A program made the position numbers and the translations under genes. Below, piece after piece: positions 46,213-55,630 of a DNA stretch of 64,000 nucleotides. Source of the DNA: Candidatus Eiseniibacteriota bacterium. Lineage in GTDB: Bacteria; Eisenbacteria; RBG-16-71-46. The stretch spans positions 224,001 through 288,000 of the forward strand of contig CAVZLN010000003.1 in assembly GCA_963776245.1 (NCBI GenBank), in the 5' to 3' direction. Every line of letters starts with the position of its first letter. The first letter of the stretch is position 1. The notes below the pieces were generated by a model that was not told the DNA's origin, searched no databases, and was given only the letters and a program-made list of their open reading frames with translations.

Positions 46213-46443
46213 TCAGATCTTGCCGGACAGGATGAAGACGGTCACGAACGCGTAGATCGTCAGCGCCTCGGCGAGCGCGGCGATGATGATCATGGCGAGC
46301 TGGATCTTCGCCGTCGCCTCGGGCTGACGGCCGATCGCCTGCATCGCGCCCGAGCCGATCATGCCGAGACCGAGGCCCGAGCCGATGGCCGCGATGCCGA
46401 CGCCGAGGGGAAGACCGAGACCGAGAGTCGCGTGGAAATCCAT
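46213..46443 (-). CDS. atpE: ATP synthase Fo subunit c
   Basis: GxGxG helix, RQPE loop, AEALTIY carboxylate. Confidence 0.97.
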   Translation of the reverse strand: MDFHATLGLGLPLGVGIAAIGSGLGLGMIGSGAMQAIGRQPEATAKIQLAMIIIAALAEALTIYAFVTVFILSGKI

Positions 46444-46451
46444 CTCTCCTC

Positions 46452-47825
46452 CTAGTGAGCGCCCTGTGGGGCGGTGTGGCCCTCCTCGCCATGGCCGTGG
46501 TCGTCGTGCGGCAGCATGAGGAGGAAGTAGACCGTGCTGAGCGTGGTGAACACGAGCGCCTGCAGGGACGACGTGAGCAGGGCGAAGAACAGGAACGGCA
46601 GCTGGAACGGGATGCCGACCGGCGAATGGAAGGCGCTCAGCGCCATGATGCCGAGGGTGGAGAAGCCCACCAGCAGCATGTCCTCGCCGAAGATGTTGCC
46701 GAACAGACGGCAGGCCAGCGAGAGCGGCTTGGCGAGCTCGCCGATGATGTGGATGGGCAGCATGATCGGCACCAGGCCCCACTCGATCACCGAGCGCGGC
46801 GCGCCGATGAGATGGTCGATGTAGCCCTTCGGGCCCAGCTCGCGGATGCCGGTGTACTGCACGAACAGGAACACCGTCAGCGCCAGCCCGGCGGTGACGT
46901 TGATGTTCGAGGTGCCCGCCTTCATGAACGGGATGAACCCGATCCAGTTGTTGATCAGGATGTAGAGGAACAGGCTGCCGAGGAACGGCAGGTAGCGCGG
47001 GCCGTGGACCGGCCCGAGCACGCCGGTGACGAAGTCGGCGAGCGCCTCGACCACGTACTCCACCGCGTTCTGGAACGGGCCGGGCACCAGGTCGCGGCGC
47101 TTGCTCGCCACGAACGCGAGGACGCACAGCAGCACCCCCACCAGCATCGAGAAGATCACCGGCTCCCAGTGGTGCAGCGCCGCGCCCCAGGCGGTGCCAT
47201 GACCGGCGCCCGCGAGCATCAGCACGAGGTTGGGGAACTCCGGGGGCCCGGTGCCCCCGGCCTCGCCGGACGCGCCCGCTTCCGCGTGGCCCTCGGCCGC
47301 CTGCTCCACCGCCGCCGGCGCCGCCCCGTGCTCCTGGGCGCGCACCCGGTTGCTCACCGCCCACAGCGCCCCGGCCACCAGCACCGCCACCAGCGCCACC
47401 TGCCACGTGCTGGCGGTGAAGCGACGCCACGCCGGGGTCTCGACCAGCAGCGTCGAGGCCGCCTTGAGCACCAGCACCGCGAACGGGCAGCCGAAGCCCA
47501 CCATGAGCGGCACCACCGGCAGCCGGGTGAGCAGCAGCGCGCCGGCGCCGAACAGCGCCACCATGCCGAGCCCGGTCAGACCGGCGCTCCGCAGCGCCGC
47601 GCCGGTGCCGCGGTTCTCGCCGGTGATGACGATCACCAGCCGCTCGATCAGGAACAGGTTCGTCAGGCACCAGATCGCGCCGAGCGCGAGGGCGCTGCCG
47701 TAGCCGAGCCCCTGGTACGTGACGCCGGTCACGAAGGCGAGGGCGGCCACCACGAAGGTGGCCCGTCGGACGCGTGCGAGGAACTCGAGGCCCATAGGTC
47801 GTGGCGCCCGACCGTCCCCGGTCAT
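46452..47825 (-). CDS. atpB: ATP synthase Fo subunit a with N-terminal AtpI-like extension (457 aa)
   Basis: PGPFQNAVE, KPLSLACRLFGNI, LQALVF. Preceded in frame by a 4-TM AtpI-like segment; ATGA overlap with the upstream gene. Confidence 0.93.
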   Translation of the reverse strand: MTGDGRAPRPMGLEFLARVRRATFVVAALAFVTGVTYQGLGYGSALALGAIWCLTNLFLIERLVIVITGENRGTGAALRSAGLTGLGMVALFGAGALLLTRLPVVPLMVGFGCPFAVLVLKAASTLLVETPAWRRFTASTWQVALVAVLVAGALWAVSNRVRAQEHGAAPAAVEQAAEGHAEAGASGEAGGTGPPEFPNLVLMLAGAGHGTAWGAALHHWEPVIFSMLVGVLLCVLAFVASKRRDLVPGPFQNAVEYVVEALADFVTGVLGPVHGPRYLPFLGSLFLYILINNWIGFIPFMKAGTSNINVTAGLALTVFLFVQYTGIRELGPKGYIDHLIGAPRSVIEWGLVPIMLPIHIIGELAKPLSLACRLFGNIFGEDMLLVGFSTLGIMALSAFHSPVGIPFQLPFLFFALLTSSLQALVFTTLSTVYFLLMLPHDDHGHGEEGHTAPQGAH

Positions 47826-48082
47826 GGGCGCTTCTTGCGCTCCTCTTCTTCTTCTGCCGAGAGATAGAGACGGTAGATCCGGTAGATCTCGCGACCGGCG
47901 GCGACGAAACCCATCACCAGCCCGACGATCGAGCACCAGGGCGAGGACTTCAGCCACCTGTCCAGCGCGCCGCCCAGGAAGAAGCCGACGAGCGGCGAGA
48001 CGATGAGCAGCGTCGGGATGGACAGCAGCAACCCGCCGGTCCGCAGCGCAGAATACCTCTCGTCCTTCTGCGGTCCCGGCAT
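47822..48082 (-). CDS. AtpZ / ATPase gene 1 family protein
   Basis: Two TM helices with GFFLGGALDRWL..PW motif; first gene of the atp operon. Confidence 0.88.
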   Translation of the reverse strand: MPGPQKDERYSALRTGGLLLSIPTLLIVSPLVGFFLGGALDRWLKSSPWCSIVGLVMGFVAAGREIYRIYRLYLSAEEEEERKKRP

Positions 48083-48095
48083 GGCCGTGCCCCGG

Positions 48096-48111
48096 TGTGA
48101 TCTATTTCACG
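48096..48111. promoter_or_regulatory. CRP/Rex-like palindromic operator just upstream of the atp operon
   Basis: TGTGA-tctatt-TCACG, AT-rich in a GC-rich background, 13 nt from the first start codon. Confidence 0.45.
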
Positions 48112-48240
48112 AGGCGCGTGGCAACCCACGTGTTCGCAATGGACGCCGCGAGCCGCGGGAATCTAGAGAAAACCACCCGCCGAGGTCAAATCGGGACTGT
48201 CATTTTACCGCCCGGGCCCTTCCTCCTATCCTGCCGCGCC

Positions 48241-48855
48241 ATGCCCGTGATTCAGCGCACCCAGGTCGAGGTCTATGTCTTCCGGCGCCGCGGCCGGCGG
48301 GTGGAGTTCCTCTGCCTGCGGCGCGCCCCGGGTCACGCGCTGCCGGGAGCCTGGCAGCCGGTGACCGGGAAGGCCCGGCCGCGCGAACGGGCGCTCGCCG
48401 CCGCCGCGCGCGAGGTGCGCGAGGAGACCGGTCTCGCCCCGCGCCGCTGGTGGGCGCTGGAGACCCTGACCGTGTACTTCGACCCGGTCGCCGACGTGGT
48501 CCACGCGCTCCCCCTGTTCGCCGCCGAGGTCGGCGCGCGCGACGGCGTGCGGCTCTCGCGCGAGCATGTGTCGAGCGCGTGGCTGGGCGCCGCCGCGGCG
48601 GGGCGGCGTTTCGTATGGGAGGCGCAGCGCGCCGGCCTCGCGGCGGTGAGGCGCGAGGTGCTGCGCGGCGGAGCGCTGGCGCGGGCGCTCGACTGCACCG
48701 CGCTCGTGAAGGCACCGCGCAGGCGCGCGGCCGCTCACCCGGATACGGGGCCGAGGGGCGTCCGGAGGGGCGATTCCGGCGGAGCGGATTCATCGCCCCG
48801 GAGGACGCCCCTCGGCGCCGCGACCACCCGACGACCCCGCAAGTCCCGATCGTAA
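48241..48855 (+). CDS. NUDIX hydrolase
   Basis: WQPVTG...AAAREVREETGL Nudix box; LSREH. Confidence 0.88.
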   Translation: MPVIQRTQVEVYVFRRRGRRVEFLCLRRAPGHALPGAWQPVTGKARPRERALAAAAREVREETGLAPRRWWALETLTVYFDPVADVVHALPLFAAEVGARDGVRLSREHVSSAWLGAAAAGRRFVWEAQRAGLAAVRREVLRGGALARALDCTALVKAPRRRAAAHPDTGPRGVRRGDSGGADSSPRRTPLGAATTRRPRKSRS

Positions 48856-48866
48856 GGAGGAGTCCG

Positions 48867-49373
48867 TTGGCCAGCACCAGCTCGTTCGACGTCACCACCG
48901 GCGTGGACTACATGGAGGTCACCAACGCCGTGGACCAGGCCACCAAGGAGATCACCCAGCGCTACGACTTCAAGGGCGTGAAGGCCACCCTCGAGCTGAA
49001 CCAGAAGGAGAAGAAGATCGTGATGGCCGCGCCCGACGAGTTCAAGCTCAAGGCGATGTGGGACTCGCTGCAGGGCAAGATGGTGCGGCGGGGCGTGGCG
49101 CTGCAGAACCTGACGCCCGGCAAGGTGGAGCCCGCCGCGGGCTCGACCGTGCGCCAGGAGATCGCGATCCAGGACGGCCTCACCGCCGACATGGCGCGCG
49201 CGATCGTGAAGACGCTCAAGGACGCCAAGCTCAAGAAGGTGCAGGCCGCCATCCAGGGCGACACGGTGCGCGTGTCCTCCCCCGACAAGGACGCGCTGCA
49301 GGGGGTGATCGCCATGCTCAAGCAGGGTGACTACGGCGTCGAGCTCAAGTTCGGGAATTTCCGCAGCAACTGA
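48867..49373 (+). CDS. yajQ: YajQ family nucleotide (c-di-GMP)-binding protein
   Basis: TTG start after AGGAGG; SFDV, RYDFKG, KVQAAIQGDTVRV, FGNFR. Confidence 0.93.
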   Translation: MASTSSFDVTTGVDYMEVTNAVDQATKEITQRYDFKGVKATLELNQKEKKIVMAAPDEFKLKAMWDSLQGKMVRRGVALQNLTPGKVEPAAGSTVRQEIAIQDGLTADMARAIVKTLKDAKLKKVQAAIQGDTVRVSSPDKDALQGVIAMLKQGDYGVELKFGNFRSN

Positions 49374-49418
49374 GCGACGCGGGGGTGACGGGGCCCGAAC
49401 GGGCGCGGCCCAGCGGGC

Positions 49419-49871
49419 TCACGCGAGCAGGTGCGCGATCGCTCCCCGGCGGTAGGCGAAGATGCTCTCGAGCATCGGGCGCACGTAGAGCCGGTGCACC
49501 GGGCGCGACAGGGGATCGAGCGGCAGGGCGTATTCGATCCGGTCGCGCACGCGCGTGCCCCCGCGCTCGGGTTCGAACACGTGGCGGTGCACCCACAGCG
49601 CGTATGGGCCCTGGAGCTGCCGGTCCACGAAGTGCCTCCCGGGAGCCCACTCCTCGACACGCGTCACCCAGTGGACCGCCCGCCCGTGAAGGCGCAGCCG
49701 GTAGTCGATGATCACGCCTTCATGCATCTCGATCGGCAGCGGCGTGAGGAGGGTGAAGTGCAGGGAGGGCGGGGTGATGGCCTCGAGGTTCGCGGCGTCG
49801 GAGAAGAACGCGAACGCCTCGGCGGGGCTGGCGTGGATCCACTGTTCGGTCTCGAGCAGGTGCGTGTTCAT
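49419..49871 (-). CDS. SRPBCC family protein
   Basis: FFSDAANLEAITPP, FVDRQLQGPYALWVHRH, IFAYR. Confidence 0.88.
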   Translation of the reverse strand: MNTHLLETEQWIHASPAEAFAFFSDAANLEAITPPSLHFTLLTPLPIEMHEGVIIDYRLRLHGRAVHWVTRVEEWAPGRHFVDRQLQGPYALWVHRHVFEPERGGTRVRDRIEYALPLDPLSRPVHRLYVRPMLESIFAYRRGAIAHLLA

Positions 49872-49908
49872 GGCGTTCTCGCCGCGGGCCCGCGGCCCGG
49901 GTCCCGGC

Positions 49909-51189
49909 TCACCTCACCACCAGCACCAGCTGCCACTGGCTCGGACGCTCGCGCACGCACGTGAAGCGCTGGAACGCCTCCGGCGGGCGGAGCGCGTAGT
50001 GCTGCAGTCGCGGCTCGACGCGCAGCTGGAGCTGGTGCGAGCCGCACGGCGCCCGCATCTCGAAGGGCCGCGGCGAGCCCATGAACAGCTCCACCGAGTC
50101 GCGCGACGCCGGACGGTCCCCGAGCCACACCGAGATCCGCAGGTATTCCGGGATACGGCGGTCCGAGCGCGCCTCCACGGTGCCCTTGATGACGCACTCG
50201 CACGATTCGGCTGGCGCGGAGACCGCGGGTGGCCCCGGACGCATGGACGTGGGCACCGTGACCGGTGTCGGCGCGGACGGCCCGGCCGGACGCTCGGCCA
50301 CGGCCGCCGGCGGCGCGCTCGCCGCTCGTTCCGCGCGGAGCGCGGCGGCGATGGAATCCCGCCGCGCCGAGAGCCGGCGCGCATCGGCGGCCCGCACGGA
50401 ATCGACCCGCGCCATCGCCGCGCGCGCGGCGGCGGCGCGCGTCGTCTTCAGCGCGGCGGCGAGCGAGTCGGCGCGGGCCCGCGCCGCCCGCGCGGCGGTG
50501 GCATCCGAGCCCGGCACGCTCGCCGACGTCCCGTTCCCGCGCGTCGGCGTGCCCGGCGGCGGCGCAGGCGGCTCGGCGCGCGGCGGCGCGACGGTGGGTG
50601 GCGCGACCGCCACGGCCCGCCGCGGCACCTTCACGCCGCTCACCGGCACGATCGACTGGCCGAGCATCTCGACCGGCGCGTCCGCCGCCCCGGCCGCCGC
50701 GGGCGCGCCGGTGAAGTCGAGGTCGGCGAACACCACCGACACGCTGCGGTCGGCGAACGCATTGGCCACGGCGGCGGCGAACGCCGCGTCCGGCGCGCGC
50801 ACCCGGACCCGCGCCGGCGGCCCCACGATCTCCGCCTCGAGGCCGCCCACGCCCTTGCCTCCGGCGCGCGCGAAGGTCCAGCCGTCGCGCACCGGGGCGA
50901 GCCTCAGGGCGAGCGGCGTCTCCGCCACCTCCTTCGCGGTCGGGAGCGGCACGTAGAGCGCGTAGGCCCCCTGGCCGTCGGACACCGCGCGCGCGGTGCG
51001 CGTGCCGGACGCGGTCACGGCCACGCCGACGACCGGCCAGCCCTCGGGGCCCAGCACCCGGCCACGCACCAGCAGCGTGCGCCGCTCGTCCGCGCGCGCG
51101 TGAGCCGCGGCGGAGACGAGCAGCAGGATCATGAGGAAGTGGAACGATCGAGGGCGCATGAGGGTGGGGTTGGGGTTCGCCGGCATCAT
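49909..51189 (-). CDS. Exported hypothetical protein, Ala/Pro-rich, with N-terminal carboxypeptidase-regulatory-like beta-sandwich
   Basis: Signal peptide, VRGRV...SDGQGAY, ARADSL/ARVDSV/ARRDSI helical repeats; translationally coupled to kef. Confidence 0.55.
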   Translation of the reverse strand: MMPANPNPTLMRPRSFHFLMILLLVSAAAHARADERRTLLVRGRVLGPEGWPVVGVAVTASGTRTARAVSDGQGAYALYVPLPTAKEVAETPLALRLAPVRDGWTFARAGGKGVGGLEAEIVGPPARVRVRAPDAAFAAAVANAFADRSVSVVFADLDFTGAPAAAGAADAPVEMLGQSIVPVSGVKVPRRAVAVAPPTVAPPRAEPPAPPPGTPTRGNGTSASVPGSDATAARAARARADSLAAALKTTRAAAARAAMARVDSVRAADARRLSARRDSIAAALRAERAASAPPAAVAERPAGPSAPTPVTVPTSMRPGPPAVSAPAESCECVIKGTVEARSDRRIPEYLRISVWLGDRPASRDSVELFMGSPRPFEMRAPCGSHQLQLRVEPRLQHYALRPPEAFQRFTCVRERPSQWQLVLVVR

Positions 51190-53222
51190 ACCACCGGCTC
51201 GCCGTGCGGACGGAGGCGCTGGAACGCGCGGTCCATCTCGAGGTGGGTGCCGGTGAGCACCAGCGTGTCCCCGACCCGCAACATGAACGCCGGTTCGAAC
51301 GACGTGAGGGCGGCGCCCCCGCGCACTACCGCGATGGCACGCGGGCCGGTGGGACCGCCGAGGCCCAGCGACTCGAGGGTGCGTCCGACCGCGGGCGAGT
51401 GCTGCATCAGCAGGAACGTGTCGGTGGTGCCCTCGGCGAGCAGCGTGTCGAGCTGCTGGATGACGTCACCGGGGAGCTTGCGGCCGCGCAGCAGGCTGTA
51501 GCGCTCGTGGCGGAGCAGCCGGACCTGCGCGTCGAGGATGTTGGTGGGCACGTGGAACTCGCGCAGCACCGCGGTGAAGATCTCGATCGAGGTCTCGAAC
51601 TCCTCGGGGATGACCTGGTTGGCGCCCGCGGCGTGCAGCCCGTCGATCTCGGCGACGTAGCGCGTGCGCACCACGATGAAGACGTCACGCGACAGCGTGC
51701 GCGCCACGCGGCAGGCCTGGCGCGTGGCGGTCGGGTCGCTGAGCGCCACCACCAGCACCCGCGCGCGCGCGACGCCCGCCTGGCGCTGGATGTCGGGATG
51801 GGTCACGTCGCCCGCGAACGCCCGGCTGCCCTCCTGCACCGCCTCGCGCAGGGCGTCGGAGTCGAGGTCCACCACGACGTGCTTCACCCGCGTGGCCCGC
51901 AGCACCCGCGCGAGGTTGTGCCCGTTGAGCCCGAAGCCCGCGATCACCACGTGGTCGGCGAGCAGCTCGGAGCGCGGCGCGCGGTGCGCGTCGTCCGCCT
52001 CACCGTCGCGGGGCGCGCGTCGGGGCGTCCTGCCGAGACGCAGCTCGAGCGCCAGCGCCCAGTGCGGCGCGCGGTCGATGAGCAACGGCGCCGCCAGCAG
52101 CGAGAACACCGCGCCCGCGAGGAACGCCTGCCCGCCCGCCGCGCCCAGCAGGCCCGCGGCGCCCCCCGCCTGCGCGAGCACGAACGAGAACTCGCCGACC
52201 TGCGCCACCACCACCCCGGCCGCCGCCGCGACGCGCCACGGCAGGCCCGCCAGCCGCAGCGCGACCAGCGCCAGCACCGCCTTGGTCACCACCAGGCCGA
52301 CCGTGCTGGCGGCCAGCACGAGCGGCGAGGCCAGCAGCGCGCGCGGGTCGAGCGACATGCCGATGGCGATGAAGAAAACGCTCGCCAGCGCGTCACGGAA
52401 GGGCAGCACGTCGGTGGTGATGCGCGGGCGCAGATCGCTGTCGGCGAGCATCAGCCCGCCGACGAAGGCCCCGAGCGCCAGCGACACCCCGGCGAGCGAG
52501 GCCAACCACGCGCTGCCGAGCGCCACCAGCAGCACCGCGAACAGGAACGCCTCGCGCGACTTGCCGCGCGCGGCGCGCGCCAGCAGCCACGGGATCCCGC
52601 GCTGCGCGCCGCCCAGCACCGCGAGCGCCGCGGCCACCAGCGCCAGCCCGCCGAGCGCCGAGCCGAGCGAGAGCGCGGGCGCGGCGAGTGTGCCGCTCAT
52701 CCAGCGCCCGAGCAGCGGCGTGGCGAGGGCGATGGGCAGCACCAGCAGGTCCTGGAACAGGCACACGCCGGTGGCGGCGCGGCCGTGCGGAGCGTTGAGC
52801 TCGACCCGGTCGGTGAGCGTCTTGAGCACCACCGCCGTGCTCGAGATCGAGACCAGCAGGCCGAAGAACAGCGCGCGCGCCGGGTGCATGCCCCACGCGG
52901 CGAGCACCCCGAAGACCGCCGCGGTGGTGAGCGCCGCCTGCAGGGCGCCCCCGACGAGCGCGGCGCGGCCGAGGCGCTTGAGGTCGGCGAGCGAGAACTC
53001 GAGGCCGACGGTGAACAGCAGGAGCACCACGCCGATCTCGGCCATGGACTGCACCAGCCGCGCGTCGGACACCAGCCGCAGGCCGCCCGGACCGACCACG
53101 ATGCCGGTCACGATGAAGCCGATGAGTGCCGGGAGCCGCAGGCGCTGGAACAGCAGCACCACGGCGAGCGAGACGCCGGCGAGCAGCAGCAGCTCGCGAA
53201 GCACCGGGAGGTCGTGCCCCAT
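51186..53222 (-). CDS. CPA2/Kef-type cation:proton antiporter with TrkA-N and TrkA-C domains
   Basis: AEIGVVLLLFTVGLEFS, SSTAVV, LFQDL, QVGEFSFV, IAGFGLNG, VIPEEFE. Confidence 0.93.
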   Translation of the reverse strand: MGHDLPVLRELLLLAGVSLAVVLLFQRLRLPALIGFIVTGIVVGPGGLRLVSDARLVQSMAEIGVVLLLFTVGLEFSLADLKRLGRAALVGGALQAALTTAAVFGVLAAWGMHPARALFFGLLVSISSTAVVLKTLTDRVELNAPHGRAATGVCLFQDLLVLPIALATPLLGRWMSGTLAAPALSLGSALGGLALVAAALAVLGGAQRGIPWLLARAARGKSREAFLFAVLLVALGSAWLASLAGVSLALGAFVGGLMLADSDLRPRITTDVLPFRDALASVFFIAIGMSLDPRALLASPLVLAASTVGLVVTKAVLALVALRLAGLPWRVAAAAGVVVAQVGEFSFVLAQAGGAAGLLGAAGGQAFLAGAVFSLLAAPLLIDRAPHWALALELRLGRTPRRAPRDGEADDAHRAPRSELLADHVVIAGFGLNGHNLARVLRATRVKHVVVDLDSDALREAVQEGSRAFAGDVTHPDIQRQAGVARARVLVVALSDPTATRQACRVARTLSRDVFIVVRTRYVAEIDGLHAAGANQVIPEEFETSIEIFTAVLREFHVPTNILDAQVRLLRHERYSLLRGRKLPGDVIQQLDTLLAEGTTDTFLLMQHSPAVGRTLESLGLGGPTGPRAIAVVRGGAALTSFEPAFMLRVGDTLVLTGTHLEMDRAFQRLRPHGEPVV

Positions 53223-53389
53223 GGGCGCAGCATAGAGGCTGGGGCGGGCGGCGGGCGAGCGGGCGGAGCACGCTCGCGGGCGCCGGCTCGCCCGCCGGGT
53301 CGCCATCGCCCGGCAGCAAAGCGACCGGACGCTTGCGCGCCCGGCCGCTCGTCATCGCTTGGACGGCCCATGCCGCCCGCGCAATATCC

Positions 53390-54754
53390 CTATTTCGCCA
53401 GTTCCTCGTAGAGGTACGCGCAGCTCTTCGTGCCGCCGTGGAACGAGGTCAGCGAGAACTTCTCGTTGGGCGCGTGGATCTGGTCGTCGTGCAGGCCGAA
53501 GCCCATCAGGATGCTCGGCAGCCCGTGCGTCTTCTGGAACGTGGTCATCACCGGGATCGAGCCGCCCTCGCGGATCATCGCCGCCGGCTTGGTCCACGCG
53601 CGGTCGAGCGCCCGCTTGGCCTTGAGCAGCATCGGGTCGTCGTAGGCGGTGATGAACGGCGGGCCGCTGTGCATGTCGATGACCTTCACCGTCACCCCGA
53701 CCGGGGTCACGCGCTTCACGTGGGCCACGAGCTTCGGGAACAGGTCGACGGGATCCTGCTCCGGCACCAGCCGGATGCTCACCTTGGCGGCCGCGAACGA
53801 CGGCAGCACGGTCTTCGCGCCCTCGCCGATGTAGCCGCTCCACATGCCGTTCACGTCGCAGGTCGGGCGGCACCAGATGCGCTCCATGGTGGTCCAGCCC
53901 TTCTCGCCGAACGCCACCGGGGCGCCGCTCTCGCGGATGAAGCCGGCCTCGTCGAACGGCGCCCGCTGAAGCACCTCGCGCTCCGCGGCGCTCACCTCCC
54001 GCACGTGGTCGTAGAACCCGGGCACCGGATGCGGCCGTCGGCGTCCTTGAGCGTGGCGAGGATGGTGGCGAGCGCGTTGGCGGGATTCATGACCGCGCCG
54101 CCGAACTCGCCCGAGTGCAGGTCGCGCGCCGGACCGGTGACCTCGATCTGGGTGTACATCAGCCCGCGCAGCGCGTAGCAGAGCGCCGGCTGGTCGGGGC
54201 CGAGCATGCCGGTGTCGCAGACCACGATCACGTCCGCGTCGAGCATCGCGCGATGCTGGACGAGGAACTCCTCGAGGCTCTCGCTGCCGACCTCCTCCTC
54301 GCCCTCGATCACCATCTTGAGGTTCACGGGCAGCTTGCCGTTCACCTTCAGGTGCGCCTCGATGGCGCTCAGGTGCATGTAGACCTGGCCCTTGTCGTCG
54401 CACGCGCCGCGCGCGTAGAGCTTGCCGTCGCGCAGCGTGGGCTCGAAGGGCGGAGTCGGTCCACAGCTCGAGCGGCTCCGGCGGCTGCACGTCGTAGTGC
54501 CCGTAGAGCAGCACGGTGGGCCTGCCCGGAGCGCCCAGCCACTCCGCGTACACCACCGGGTGGCCCGCGGAGGGCATCACCTCGGCGCGCGTCATGCCGA
54601 TGCGCTTGAGGTGGGCGGCGATGTGCTCGGCGCACGCCAGGCAGTCGGACTTGTGCTCGGAGCTCGCGCTCACGCTGGGGATCCGCAGTACGGCCTTGAG
54701 GTTCTCGAGGAAACGGCCCTGGTTCTCGTCGAGGTACCGGTCGAGGGCGTCCAT
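53390..54754 (-). CDS. M20 family dipeptidase (frameshifts near 54455 and 54030)
   Basis: YGHYDVQP, EGEEEVGS, DLHSG, EGGSIP, HAPNE. Confidence 0.92.
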   Translation of the reverse strand: MDALDRYLDENQGRFLENLKAVLRIPSVSASSEHKSDCLACAEHIAAHLKRIGMTRAEVMPSAGHPVVYAEWLGAPGRPTVLLYGHYDVQPPEPLELWTDSALRAHAARRQALRARRVRRQGPGLHAPERHRGAPEGERQAAREPQDGDRGRGGGRQREPRGVPRPASRDARRGRDRGLRHRHARPRPAGALLRAARADVHPDRGHRSGARPALGRVRRRGHESRQRARHHPRHAQGRRRPHPVPGFYDHVREVSAAEREVLQRAPFDEAGFIRESGAPVAFGEKGWTTMERIWCRPTCDVNGMWSGYIGEGAKTVLPSFAAAKVSIRLVPEQDPVDLFPKLVAHVKRVTPVGVTVKVIDMHSGPPFITAYDDPMLLKAKRALDRAWTKPAAMIREGGSIPVMTTFQKTHGLPSILMGFGLHDDQIHAPNEKFSLTSFHGGTKSCAYLYEELAK

Positions 54755-54942
54755 CGTCGGGACTCCGGATGGTTCGGGTGTGAGGTGGGGGGATGACGCG
54801 CGGGGACTCTAGCACAGCGGGCGCGACGGGCTCCGGCGCGCCTGCGAACGCGGATGCGACGGGCCGCCGGGTCTTGTCATGGCGCGCGCCTTCTGCCACC
54901 ATCGCGCCCGCATCCGATCACCGACCCCTCCCCACGAGGCCC

Positions 54943-55152
54943 ATGAACGTCCGCATCCTCCGCAATGAATGCTGCGGCAATGCCGAGTGTGTCGCCCTCG
55001 CGCCCAACGTGTTCGTGCTCGACAGCAAGAACAAGGCGGTGGTCGTCTCGGCCGAGTCCGCCACGCGCGCCCTGCTGATCGAGGTGGCGGAGGCCTGCCC
55101 CTGCCAGGCCATCGTGCTCGAGGACGACGACGGCAAGCAGGTGCATCCCTAG
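54943..55152 (+). CDS. Single-cluster ferredoxin (probably 3Fe-4S)
   Basis: CCGNAEC...APNVF...ACPCQAI; 69 aa. Confidence 0.88.
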   Translation: MNVRILRNECCGNAECVALAPNVFVLDSKNKAVVVSAESATRALLIEVAEACPCQAIVLEDDDGKQVHP

Positions 55153-55221
55153 CCCCACCGCCGGGTGGCGGACCTGCTGATGGCAGTTGTCGCCGGACGA
55201 TCGCTTCCCTAACCTCCCGCC

Positions 55222-55623
55222 ATGTCCATCCTGCTCCAGCTCACGCTGCTCCCTGAGCGCTTCGCGGTCTGTCGTCTGCCGACCGACGCGCCGATCCCCG
55301 CCTGGGTGTTCGCGGCCGACGCGCCGCTGTGGTCGATCACGCGCACGCGCGAGGAGACCTCGATCGTCGTGGAGGAGGCGGGCGTCCCGCCGAGCGTCAC
55401 TCAGGTCGAACCGGGCTGGCGCGCCCTGCTCCTGCACGGGCCCCTACCGTTCGCCACCGTCGGGGTGATCGCCGCGCTCAGCGCGCCGCTCGCGGCGGCG
55501 CGGGTGCCGGTGTTCGTGCTCTCGACCTACGACACCGACGTGGTGCTGGTGAAGTCCGAGTCCCTCGACGCGGCGGTGGCGGCGCTCCGCGGCGCGGGCG
55601 TGCGGGTGGAGACGCCGGAGTAG
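55222..55623 (+). CDS. Tandem ACT-domain protein
   Basis: SITRTREETSIV, GPLPFATVGV, LSTYDTDVVLV. Confidence 0.88.
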   Translation: MSILLQLTLLPERFAVCRLPTDAPIPAWVFAADAPLWSITRTREETSIVVEEAGVPPSVTQVEPGWRALLLHGPLPFATVGVIAALSAPLAAARVPVFVLSTYDTDVVLVKSESLDAAVAALRGAGVRVETPE

Positions 55624-55630
55624 GCGGAGC

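Noticed and set aside
46213..46443. Na+-coupled ATP synthase or N-ATPase
   Set aside because: Subunit c lacks the Gln and ES/T sodium ligands (has EA), and gene order is the standard F-type.
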